32,000 bases of DNA from Ferroglobus placidus DSM 10642. Its GTDB lineage: Archaea; Halobacteriota; Archaeoglobi; Archaeoglobales; Archaeoglobaceae. Numbering within the stretch: the stretch's first letter is position 1; the number at the start of each line of letters is the position of its first letter. The notes beneath the pieces are model-generated. The model ran no database searches, was not told the DNA's origin, and saw only the letters and a program-made list of their open reading frames with translations. Both the position numbers and the translations under genes were made by a program. This document shows, piece by piece, positions 21,946 to 30,388 of the stretch. The stretch is from NCBI RefSeq assembly GCF_000025505.1, contig NC_013849.1, positions 90,001 through 122,000 of the forward strand. The letters are read 5' to 3'.

Positions 21946-24039
21946 TTGGTGATGGGAATGGCGGAGGAGAAGAATGCGAAAAAGAACAACAAGAGAAACA
22001 ATAAAAACGGGGAGACTAAATTAACAAGAAGAGAATTTCTTAGCTTCGGAGGAGGTTTTATCGCTGGATTTGCCGTTGGAGCTGGAATTTCGAGGCTTGG
22101 TGGAGGAGGAGCACCAGCAGCTCCAGCCTCTTTTGCTGAAATAATGGAGCAGAGAGGGTTGACGCAGCAGGATGCTATTGCCGCTTTAAAAACCTACACT
22201 CCCGGAGGAAAGTACGACGAGTTCATAATGTTTGCCTCTGGAGGACATTCTGGGCAGGTGCTCGTAATCGGAGTTCCGAGCATGAGATTGTACAAAGTAA
22301 TAGCCGTATTCACCCCAGAGCCTTGGCAGGGATACGGATATGGACTGAAGGAAACCCATGAAGTTCTTAAAGGAGGGTATAACGGAATTCGCCCATTGAG
22401 CTGGGGAGACACTCATCATCCTGAAATCAGCAGAACCAATGCTGAGTTTGACGGAGAATGGCTGTTTATTAACGATAAAGCAAACGGCAGAGCTGCTGTT
22501 ATAAGCCTCAAGGACTTCGAGACGAAACAAATAGTAAAAGTTCCGAACACTCAAACAGTCCACGGAGGGTGCTTTGCCACTCCAAATACTGAATACGTTG
22601 CAATTGTCAGCCAATATGCAACCCCATGGGATCCTGAAAAAGGAGGATACATCCCCGGAGAAACGTATGTTGAGTTGACTGAGGAGAACTACAAGAAGTA
22701 CTTCAGAGGAACTTACACGTTTTTGGCTTTCGACAGAAAGAGGGGAAGATTCGACCTATCAAAGAGCTTCCAGATAGAGCTTCCTCCGTACACGCAGGAT
22801 CTTGTAGCTGTAGGATGGGGTCCGAGCGATGGTTTGGCTTTCTGCAACTCTTTCAACACCGAGTTGGCTGTTGGAGGTGTCTTAAAAGGAAAACCTCCAC
22901 TTGAGATTGGAATGTCCCAGAACGATTTCGACTATCTTCACGTAATTCTGTGGAAGAAGGCTGAGCAGTACGTTAAGGAAGGAGGAGGAGAAGTGATAAA
23001 CGGGATAAGAGTAATAAGGTTGAAGGAGGCTGTTAAGGAGGGGCTGATTTACTTTGTTCCCGAACCAAAAAGCCCCCACGGATGTGATATAACGCCGAAC
23101 GGAGATTACGTTTGTGTCAGTGGAAAGCTCGATCCCGTTGTGACAGTCTATAGCGTGGAGAAGATAAAAAGGGCTATCGAAGAGAAGAAGTTCGAAAAGA
23201 AAGATCCCTACGGTGTTCCAGTTTTGAAGTTTGACGAAGTTGTTGAGGCTCAGATAGAGGTTGGTTTAGGTCCTCTCCACACAGAATTCGACGATAAAGG
23301 CTATGCTTACACAAGCCTCTTCATAGACAACGCTGTAGCAAGATGGAAGCTTGGTCCACCCTACAACGAAGATGGATGGAAAGTTGTTGAAAGAATTCCC
23401 ATAAACTACAACGTTGGACATCTGGCAACTCCGGAGAGTAACTCTCCGACGCCAAAAGGAAAGTATCTCGTTTCCCTAAACAAGTGGTCGATCGAAAGAT
23501 TCCCGCTTGTCGGTCCACTGCATCCGCAGAACTTCCAGTTAATTGACATAAGTGGGGAGAGAATGCAGCTCCTTTACGACATGCCCATAGGACTTGGTGA
23601 ACCTCACTATGCGAAGATAATCAGCATCGAGAAACTTAAGCCACTCGATGTTTACCCAGCTGGAACTGACCCGCTTACCTTCCAGCCACATCCGAAGGCA
23701 ATACAGCAGGGACAGGAGAGAATTGAGAGAAAGCAGGAGAACGGAAAGTGGGTTACTGAGATTTATGCTACATTAATCAGAAGTACCATAACTCCTGACA
23801 TAATGAAAGCCAAAGTGGGAGACATCGTGAGAATTTATCTGACGAACGTTGAATACACGAGAGATGCAACACATGGATTCTGTATCGCAGAGTACAACAT
23901 AAACGCGAGTCTTGAGCCGGGAGAGACTGGAACGATAGAGTTCGTTGCGGACAAGCCAGGAGTTTATGCGATCTACTGTACGGAGTTCTGTTCACCACTC
24001 CACCTGGAAATGGCCGGTTGGTTAGTAATTGAACCATAA
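21946..24039 (+). CDS. nosZ: Nitrous-oxide reductase NosZ (Tat-type signal)
   Basis: It has the twin-arginine motif LTRREFLSF (RR codons at 22027-22032) and the CuZ-region DTHHP (22408-22422). The C-terminal CuA site is HGFCIAEY...C-TEF-C-SPL-H-LE-M (23977-24012). The likely true start is ATG 21958, preceded by GGTGA; the ORF-track start is TTG 21946. Confidence 0.95.
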   Translation: MVMGMAEEKNAKKNNKRNNKNGETKLTRREFLSFGGGFIAGFAVGAGISRLGGGGAPAAPASFAEIMEQRGLTQQDAIAALKTYTPGGKYDEFIMFASGGHSGQVLVIGVPSMRLYKVIAVFTPEPWQGYGYGLKETHEVLKGGYNGIRPLSWGDTHHPEISRTNAEFDGEWLFINDKANGRAAVISLKDFETKQIVKVPNTQTVHGGCFATPNTEYVAIVSQYATPWDPEKGGYIPGETYVELTEENYKKYFRGTYTFLAFDRKRGRFDLSKSFQIELPPYTQDLVAVGWGPSDGLAFCNSFNTELAVGGVLKGKPPLEIGMSQNDFDYLHVILWKKAEQYVKEGGGEVINGIRVIRLKEAVKEGLIYFVPEPKSPHGCDITPNGDYVCVSGKLDPVVTVYSVEKIKRAIEEKKFEKKDPYGVPVLKFDEVVEAQIEVGLGPLHTEFDDKGYAYTSLFIDNAVARWKLGPPYNEDGWKVVERIPINYNVGHLATPESNSPTPKGKYLVSLNKWSIERFPLVGPLHPQNFQLIDISGERMQLLYDMPIGLGEPHYAKIISIEKLKPLDVYPAGTDPLTFQPHPKAIQQGQERIERKQENGKWVTEIYATLIRSTITPDIMKAKVGDIVRIYLTNVEYTRDATHGFCIAEYNINASLEPGETGTIEFVADKPGVYAIYCTEFCSPLHLEMAGWLVIEP

Positions 24040-24090
24040 AATCTTTAATTTTTTAATTTTTTATAATTTTATTTAAAGGGGTGAATATAG
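24040..24090 (+). terminator. T-tract-rich intercistronic spacer (two T6 runs) followed by a strong ribosome-binding site; possible partial terminator/attenuator between nosZ and the accessory genes
   Basis: T6 runs are at 24049-24054 and 24057-24062. GGGGTGA at 24078-24084 lies 6 nt before the nosL ATG. Oligo-T tracts are the known archaeal termination signal. Confidence 0.3.
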
Positions 24091-24594
24091 ATGAGATCTC
24101 TCATGGCACTTTCGTTTGCTCTCGTGCTAGTAGCACTGATAATTGCCGGATGCTCTGAGGAGAAACCTCCGGAAATTCAGCTCGGAGTTGACAAATGCGA
24201 CATGTGTGGGATGATAATAAGTGAGAAAAATTACGCTGGGCTTTACTACTCTACCAAAGAGAAAAGGTGGAAGAAGTTCGACGATATTGGATGTTTGGTA
24301 ATGGAAGCTAAAAAAGAGGGGGATGCGAAAGCTGGAACAATCTACGTTTTTGACTACGAAACTGGGGAATTGATAAAAGCTGAAAAAGCCTACTACGTCG
24401 TTTCTCGGGACATATGGACACCGATGAACACCGGAATAATTGCTTTCAAAAGCAAGGAAAAAGCTGAGGAAACAGCGAAAAAGCAAGGAGGAAAGGTTAT
24501 GAGCTTTGAGGAGCTAATGAAGATGGAGATGAAAATGGGTTGGATGGGCGGAAGGAGAAGTGAACGAACCTCTATGAGCCATACCGGGAAATGA
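24091..24594 (+). CDS. nosL: NosL copper-chaperone lipoprotein with Met-rich C-terminal tail
   Basis: 167 aa with a lipobox-like LIIAG-C21 and the NosL hallmark DKCDMCGM. The tail has 7 Met between residues 137 and 162. Confidence 0.8.
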   Translation: MRSLMALSFALVLVALIIAGCSEEKPPEIQLGVDKCDMCGMIISEKNYAGLYYSTKEKRWKKFDDIGCLVMEAKKEGDAKAGTIYVFDYETGELIKAEKAYYVVSRDIWTPMNTGIIAFKSKEKAEETAKKQGGKVMSFEELMKMEMKMGWMGGRRSERTSMSHTGK

Positions 24595-24603
24595 GGTGGT
24601 AAA

Positions 24604-25185
24604 ATGGATAAAAAAAGAGTGAAAAAAGCTGTGGCAGCTGCTTTAATAATCCTTGCAACGTTTTCCCCAATCTGGACGATGAAACTCAACGCACCGCTTT
24701 ACGGAAAAAAATGGCTTCACGTAACGCTGTATAGCTACAAGGTGGAGGGGGATATTAAAGAAGTAAATATCGTAAACCATTACGTAGGTTTGAGGGAGAT
24801 AAATCCGGAGGAGATGATAGAGTTAAAAGTTGCCCCAATAATCTTCGGAATTCTCGACGTTCTTTCGTTGATAGGAGTGGCGGTGAGCAGCGAGAGATTC
24901 GAAAAGTTCTTCTGGATTGTACTTGTGCTCACAGCTATAGGCATTCCAGCTTACTTGCAGTACTGGCTTTACAACTACGGACACGATTTGAATCCCAAAG
25001 CTGCAGTTGAAATAGAGCCGTTTACACCTCCGGTTATAACGATTACTCCAAACAAGGTTGGCAATTTCAGAACAATAAGCTACTTGGACATTGGCTACTG
25101 GATGATCGTAGCAGCTATGCTTCTTTATTTGCCGGATGGTGTGGTAAGAAAACTCAGAAAATCGAGGGCGACGGAGAATGCTTAA
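24604..25185 (+). CDS. Four-TM membrane protein of unknown function embedded in the nos cluster (NosB-like by position only)
   Basis: 193-aa ORF with a GAGGTGGT ribosome-binding site upstream and an 8-nt overlap with the nosD start. It has four hydrophobic segments. I recognise no catalytic motif. Confidence 0.6.
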   Translation: MDKKRVKKAVAAALIILATFSPIWTMKLNAPLYGKKWLHVTLYSYKVEGDIKEVNIVNHYVGLREINPEEMIELKVAPIIFGILDVLSLIGVAVSSERFEKFFWIVLVLTAIGIPAYLQYWLYNYGHDLNPKAAVEIEPFTPPVITITPNKVGNFRTISYLDIGYWMIVAAMLLYLPDGVVRKLRKSRATENA

Positions 25186-26548
25186 AATTACAAATATTTT
25201 ATTTTTAATTTTAATATTTTTAATTCTCATTGGAGTTGCTTCGGGAGAAATCTACTACGCTTCACCAGCCAATATAACTCAGGTGCTTGAAAAAGCTCGT
25301 GATGGAGATACGATATATTTGTTGGAAGGTTATTATAAAGGAGGAATTGTTCTCAACAAGAGTATTTCTCTCATCGGCGTAAACTACCCGGTTATAGATG
25401 CTATGGGTGGGGTTTACGGGATATTAATTGAGGCAAACAACTGCACGGTGGAGAAGGTAAAAATAATTAACACGTCAACATCGAGAAGTCTTCAGCCGGC
25501 TGGAATAGTACTTCGATCAGATTATAATATTATAAGAAACGTAGTTATGGAGAACGTTTACTACGGAATTCTGCCTCAAGAGGCTGATTATAATATAATA
25601 GAAGACTGCTACTTGGTTGGCTTGAGAGATGTGGACATTAATTATAGGGGGGACGGTATCTACCTCTGGAACTCCAGATACAACATAATAAGGAACGTTA
25701 CGATGCTTTACTTCCAAGATGGAATTTACAGCGAACATTCGTACTTCAACAAGTTGATTAACAACACCGTCGCTTATTCACGCTACGCTGTCCACAACAT
25801 GTACTGCACAGATTATTTAATCGACGGCATGGTTTCTTTGCAAAACATAGCTGGTTATGTGATAATGTATTCAGCAAATGTCACTGTTAGAAACAGCATA
25901 GCTGAGGTAAATTGGAGGAGTGCTGTCGGAGAGGGAATCTTTGTAATTGAAACTGACAACGTCCTAATTGAAAACAACACCGTCTATGCTGGTATATACG
26001 GAATGGAGATCAAGAGAACACCCTACAGACCGGGGCACTATGCTATAGTAAGGTGGAACACCATAGTCTACAATCAGGTCGGAATCTCAGTAGATGAGGA
26101 AAGTAGCGTGATTTTTTACGGAAACAATTTCATAGAAAATGTGGACAACATCGAGGCGATAGGAGATATAGGGAGAAAGATGAAGTGGTACAGCGAGGAG
26201 CTTAAAGTGGGGAATTTCTGGGATACATATGCTGGATTCGATAAAAATAAAGACGGAATTGGAGATATTCCCTATGTGGAGAGGAGTTTTGCCGAACATA
26301 TCATCGACAGCTACCCAACCCTTAGAATATTCATGTACACTCCCGCATATCAGGCTTTGGAGACTATGTCAAAGATATTCCCGATAAATCCGAAAATTAG
26401 TGTTTACGATCCTTATCCCTTAATGAAACCGAATGTCAATCTGAACTATAAAGAGAAAAACGTGAATGCTCAAATGTTATTTACTTCAGTCCTTCTCGTA
26501 TCGGCATCTGTGATAATTATTTGGAGGTATGGTTATGGCGGTTATTGA
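25178..26548 (+). CDS. nosD: NosD, right-handed beta-helix copper-site maturation protein, with N-terminal signal and C-terminal TM anchor
   Basis: 456 aa. The N-terminal region ANITQVLEKARDGDTIYLLEGYYKGGIVLNKSISLIG and repeated N-x-[IV] beta-helix turns (IIRNV, LINNT, IENNT, GNNFIEN) fit NosD. The C-terminal hydrophobic segment is LFTSVLLVSASVIIIW. Confidence 0.85.
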   Translation: MLKITNILFLILIFLILIGVASGEIYYASPANITQVLEKARDGDTIYLLEGYYKGGIVLNKSISLIGVNYPVIDAMGGVYGILIEANNCTVEKVKIINTSTSRSLQPAGIVLRSDYNIIRNVVMENVYYGILPQEADYNIIEDCYLVGLRDVDINYRGDGIYLWNSRYNIIRNVTMLYFQDGIYSEHSYFNKLINNTVAYSRYAVHNMYCTDYLIDGMVSLQNIAGYVIMYSANVTVRNSIAEVNWRSAVGEGIFVIETDNVLIENNTVYAGIYGMEIKRTPYRPGHYAIVRWNTIVYNQVGISVDEESSVIFYGNNFIENVDNIEAIGDIGRKMKWYSEELKVGNFWDTYAGFDKNKDGIGDIPYVERSFAEHIIDSYPTLRIFMYTPAYQALETMSKIFPINPKISVYDPYPLMKPNVNLNYKEKNVNAQMLFTSVLLVSASVIIIWRYGYGGY

Positions 26549-27353
26549 AATTGAGGAGGTTTACAAGGAGTATGAAGGATTCGTTGCGTTGAAAGGAATC
26601 ACTCTCTCAATAAAGAAGGGGTTAACGTTGCTGCTCGGACCCAACGGAGCTGGAAAGACCACGCTTTTGAAATGCATCGTCGGGCTGCTGAACTTCGAAG
26701 GAGAAATTCGGATCATGGGTTATGACGTTTTAAGAGAAGCGGTGAAAGCGAAAAATTTCCTCGGCTATCTCCCTCAAAAAGTTTCCATCTACGAAAATAT
26801 GAAATGCTATGAAATTGTGAAATTCTTTTCTGAGTTGAGAAAAATAGATCTGGATGTTGAAGAGGTTTTGAAATTAGCGGAGCTTGAAGAGGAGTATCAT
26901 TCTAAGTTCGGGGAGCTTTCTGGAGGAATGAGGCAGAGGTTTGCTCTTGCGTTACTCCTTGCTTCTGATCTTCCAGTTCTAATACTCGACGAGCCCATGA
27001 GTAACTTAGACCCAATGGGGAGAAGGAGGTTTGAGGGAATGCTGAGGGAGCTGAAATCTGATAAAACGATACTCGTTAGCTCTCACTCTCTTGGCAGTTT
27101 GTTACCTTACGCTGATAGAGTAGTGGTTATGAACGAGGGAGAAGTTGTTTTCGATGGAGAACTTGATCAATTCTTATCTATGCTTGATGAGAAATTCAAG
27201 GCTCACGTTAAAACGAGCGAAGGATGGTTTACGATAACCGCAAAAACGTTCGAGGAGTTCATGGACAGCATAGATGGTAGAATGGTAGAGGAGGTTATTT
27301 TTGAGGAGATACCGATTGATCAGCTTATAGCGAAGATAAGCGGAGGTGAGTGA
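26529..27353 (+). CDS. nosF: NosF ABC-transporter ATPase
   Basis: It has Walker A (GPNGAGKTT), the signature LSGGMRQRFALA, and Walker B (LILDEP). Spacing from GGAGGT (26523-26528) favours ATG 26535 as the start. Confidence 0.9.
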   Translation: MVMAVIEIEEVYKEYEGFVALKGITLSIKKGLTLLLGPNGAGKTTLLKCIVGLLNFEGEIRIMGYDVLREAVKAKNFLGYLPQKVSIYENMKCYEIVKFFSELRKIDLDVEEVLKLAELEEEYHSKFGELSGGMRQRFALALLLASDLPVLILDEPMSNLDPMGRRRFEGMLRELKSDKTILVSSHSLGSLLPYADRVVVMNEGEVVFDGELDQFLSMLDEKFKAHVKTSEGWFTITAKTFEEFMDSIDGRMVEEVIFEEIPIDQLIAKISGGE

Positions 27354-28164
27354 CTTGTTCATTTTAATTAAAAAGGAGCTTTCAGACTCTTTGAGAAACA
27401 AGTGGCTTACTTCTTATGCTGTGATGTACATGCTAATAGCTCTTGGTTTATCCTACTTCTCCCTCCTCGGCATAAGTGGTCTTGGATTGAAAGCTTTGGG
27501 AAGAATCACAGCAAGCTTGATTAATCTCACGATATTTTTGACGCCGCTCGCATCTCTGATGCTTGGGGCTACAAGCATAGTCAGTGAAAGAGAAGCGGGA
27601 TCGCTGGAGTGGCTACTCTCTCAGCCGGTGAGCAGAAGATCCGTAATACTTGGCAAGTTCTTGGGATTAACTTTGGCTATTTCCATTGCAACAGCTTTAG
27701 GATACGGATTTGCCGGACTATTTCTATCGATGCAGCTCCCTTCCGAAGATCTGCCGAAGTATCTGGGCTTAATACTCATATCCTCAGCTTTAGCGGCTGT
27801 CGGAGTTGCTATAGGAATCTTCGTCTCCATAACCTCCCGAGGTAGATTTGAGGCTCTGGCAACCTCACTTTTGCTTTGGCTGACTTGGGTCATAATCTAC
27901 GACCTCCTTGTCATGGGAGCGAGCATAGCTTTTGGATTGACATATCTAACGATTTTCCTTCTCCTCGTTTTAAATCCAGTAGAAAGCTCAAGGCTTTTAA
28001 TGGCGTACATAATAGACCCGACTCTGAGCTTTCTCGGCTTAACTGGGATGCTTGCTGCAAGAGAAATCGAAAACTTACCGCTGTTCTTGGCAAGCGTCGT
28101 CTTTGCGTGGTGTTTGCTGCCTTTAATAGCCTCGTTCAAACTCTTTGAGAAGAAAGACGTGTGA
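27346..28164 (+). CDS. nosY: NosY ABC-2-type permease
   Basis: 272-aa protein with 6 TM segments, overlapping the nosF stop. An alternative start is TTG 27355, downstream of GGAGGTGAG. Confidence 0.85.
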   Translation: MSDLFILIKKELSDSLRNKWLTSYAVMYMLIALGLSYFSLLGISGLGLKALGRITASLINLTIFLTPLASLMLGATSIVSEREAGSLEWLLSQPVSRRSVILGKFLGLTLAISIATALGYGFAGLFLSMQLPSEDLPKYLGLILISSALAAVGVAIGIFVSITSRGRFEALATSLLLWLTWVIIYDLLVMGASIAFGLTYLTIFLLLVLNPVESSRLLMAYIIDPTLSFLGLTGMLAAREIENLPLFLASVVFAWCLLPLIASFKLFEKKDV

Positions 28165-28170
28165 TCGAAT

Positions 28171-28842
28171 ATGCCGGGGATGAAGGAAGTTGTGATCAAG
28201 ATGAAAATGACCCCCCACACTTGGGTTAGAAAGATAATATCAGAGGATCCGCTTCAAGTGAGAATTCTCGACTGCAGATCTATTCAAGGAAAAGATGGTG
28301 TGATAGAGCTATTTGAAATTAGAACGGAAGGTAAGAATGTTGATAAGATAATCGAGAAGCTGAAGAAATGCAGCGAAATTTACGACTTGGAAATTCTCGA
28401 TAAAGATTACAGGAGAGGAGAAATCGTAGGGACGCTCAAAACAACTCATTGTGACGTTTGCAAGCATTTCACACACTTACCGGACTGCTTTCTCGGTTCT
28501 GCAGATTACGAGCTGAAAGATGGCTACGTTTACTGGAAACTACTTTTAACTAACGAAGATTTGAAGCTTTTACTCAAAAAGTTCGAAGAGATGGGAGTGG
28601 AGATAGAAATAGAGGAGATGTCAAGCTATGAACATCATGAAGACTCTCTGACGGTGAAGCAGGAGCAGATAGTCAAGCTCGCTTGGGAAATGGGATACTT
28701 CGACACTCCAAGGAAGATAAGTCTCAAGAAACTATCAGAAATTCTTGGCATATCCACACCAACCCTTTCGGAAATTCTGAGGAGGGGTTTGAGAAAAATT
28801 GTGAAGGACTATTTTGAGAAGGTAAGTAGGAGGAAGAGGTAA
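28171..28842 (+). CDS. HTH_10 (Bat/NarO/DmsR-type) transcriptional regulator with N-terminal Cys/His cluster
   Basis: The C-terminal LTVKQEQIVKLAWEMGYFDTPRKISLKKLSEILGISTPTLSEILRRGLRKIV is the HTH_10 pattern. The N-domain has H93-C94-x2-C97-x-H99-x2-H102-x3-C106 (28447-28488). It starts 6 nt after nosY. Confidence 0.8.
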   Translation: MPGMKEVVIKMKMTPHTWVRKIISEDPLQVRILDCRSIQGKDGVIELFEIRTEGKNVDKIIEKLKKCSEIYDLEILDKDYRRGEIVGTLKTTHCDVCKHFTHLPDCFLGSADYELKDGYVYWKLLLTNEDLKLLLKKFEEMGVEIEIEEMSSYEHHEDSLTVKQEQIVKLAWEMGYFDTPRKISLKKLSEILGISTPTLSEILRRGLRKIVKDYFEKVSRRKR

Positions 28843-28843
28843 G

Positions 28844-29503
28844 CTAAATTAAACCGAGAAACTCAAGAGCTTCAACAACTCCGTCTCCGTTTGGCTTGGA
28901 GGTGACGACATCTGCGACTCTCTTCAGTCTTACGTCAGCGTTAGCTACAGCAACTCCTATTCCAGCAACTTCGAACATGTCTATGTCGTTTTCCGAATCT
29001 CCTATGGCAACGATCTCTTCGAGCTTTATTCCTAATTTTTCCGCTATGAATTTCAACGCCTTTCCCTTACTCACTTCTCTGTCGGTGATGTGGTAGGCAA
29101 AGCCCGAATCGATTATTCTCACGTCTTCGGGAAGAAGCTTTTTAGCTTCGTCTATCGGAAAAGTTCTCCTCAAGCAGACTTCCGATTTTCTGTAATCGTC
29201 GTCGAGCAGCTCAACCCTATAGTGCTTTTTGAGAATTTCCACGGCTTTTAAGCACTTGCTCTTATCTCCGAGAATTATGTCCTCTCCATCGTAATCAAAT
29301 CTAACGACTCCTCCGTTTTCGCAGATAGCTATGTCCGAAACTCCTATGAGCTTGGCAGCCGTTCTTGCGAAGCAGGAGATGTTTCCAGTTGCTAAAATTA
29401 TCGTAGCGTCGACTTTTCTCAGAGCTTCGACGGCTTTGCAGTTCAGACTTCTGTCTTTGTAAGTGAGAGTTCCGTCGATGTCTACTGCTATCGCTTTTAT
29501 CAT
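28844..29503 (-). CDS. HAD-superfamily (Cof/IIB-type) phosphatase, archaeal phosphoglycolate phosphatase-like
   Basis: 219 aa with HAD motif I (VDIDGTLT), motif II (LATGN) and motif IV (GDSENDIDMF). Confidence 0.75.
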   Translation of the reverse strand: MIKAIAVDIDGTLTYKDRSLNCKAVEALRKVDATIILATGNISCFARTAAKLIGVSDIAICENGGVVRFDYDGEDIILGDKSKCLKAVEILKKHYRVELLDDDYRKSEVCLRRTFPIDEAKKLLPEDVRIIDSGFAYHITDREVSKGKALKFIAEKLGIKLEEIVAIGDSENDIDMFEVAGIGVAVANADVRLKRVADVVTSKPNGDGVVEALEFLGLI

Positions 29504-29554
29504 CGCTGTGAAGTTTTCGAAACGTATTAATAACTTTTAGCTTTCCCGAAAAAC

Positions 29555-30388
29555 ATGATTCCAGGATTGAACTTTGACAGAATCGTTCTAATCGGCAGCA
29601 TTTTCTATTCGAGGCATGCGATAGTTGAAGATCACAACAAAGGAATCTTCAACAGAGAAAAAGCGGAGGAGCTGATAAACAAGCAAGAGGAGCTGGCTGA
29701 TAAGTATCAGATTTCTTCAACTCTCGACGTTGTGGCTGAAACCGGAGAGGCTATGGTGAAGTACCTCGATTTCATCTTAGATCTTTACGACAAGCCGATA
29801 ATTCTTGATGGCTACGTTGAAGCGAGAGTTGCCGGATTGAAGTACGTTATCGAACACGGAGTTTCCGACAAAATAATTTACAACTCCATAAATCCGATTA
29901 ACACGAAAGAAGAGCTTGAGCTGATAAAGGAGGCTAAGATAAAGTACGCGGTCATTTTTGATTACGACCCCTCCTACACGACTCCGCCAAGAAGGCTTGC
30001 TTTGCTGACTGGAGATGGAAGAAAAGAGGGATTGATTCAGAAGGCAAAGAAATTGGGGATCAAAGAGATGCTAATCGACGTGGTTCCGACGGACATTAAA
30101 AGCTTGGGAGAAGTTATCGAAACTCTCCTCCTCGTTAAAGCAACTTATTCGTATCCTGCTGGCTGTGGACCGGCTAACGTCTCCTACTACATGGCGGAGT
30201 ACCTAAAAAAGGAGCTCGACACGAAAGTTCTCGTTAGCAGCGTTGACAGCGTTGCCCAGCTTTTCAGCGACTTCCTTTTCTACGGACCTATTGAGAGAAG
30301 TGAAATAGCTTTCGAAAGCGCATTTATAGTTGAGGAGGTTAAGGAAGGTTTGAGCACTCCTATATACAAAATGGTGGTGTCGAGATGA
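29555..30388 (+). CDS. mtrH: MtrH-family methyltransferase (tetrahydromethanopterin S-methyltransferase subunit H homologue), N-terminally short
   Basis: 277 aa. LIGSIFYSRHAIVEDHNKGIFNREKAEELINKQEE, YLDFI, IILDG and IYNSIN segments align by eye with methanogen MtrH. A TATA-like ATTAATAA lies about 26 nt upstream of the ATG, suggesting a leaderless transcript. Confidence 0.8.
   Translation: MIPGLNFDRIVLIGSIFYSRHAIVEDHNKGIFNREKAEELINKQEELADKYQISSTLDVVAETGEAMVKYLDFILDLYDKPIILDGYVEARVAGLKYVIEHGVSDKIIYNSINPINTKEELELIKEAKIKYAVIFDYDPSYTTPPRRLALLTGDGRKEGLIQKAKKLGIKEMLIDVVPTDIKSLGEVIETLLLVKATYSYPAGCGPANVSYYMAEYLKKELDTKVLVSSVDSVAQLFSDFLFYGPIERSEIAFESAFIVEEVKEGLSTPIYKMVVSR

Noticed and set aside
29526-29541. 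AATAACTTTTAG upstream of the MtrH-like gene as a fourth CTAA-N4-TTAG box
   Set aside because: Only the right half-site and centre match (9 of 12 positions) and the left CTAA is missing. It overlaps the probable TATA element, so the resemblance is likely due to AT-richness.
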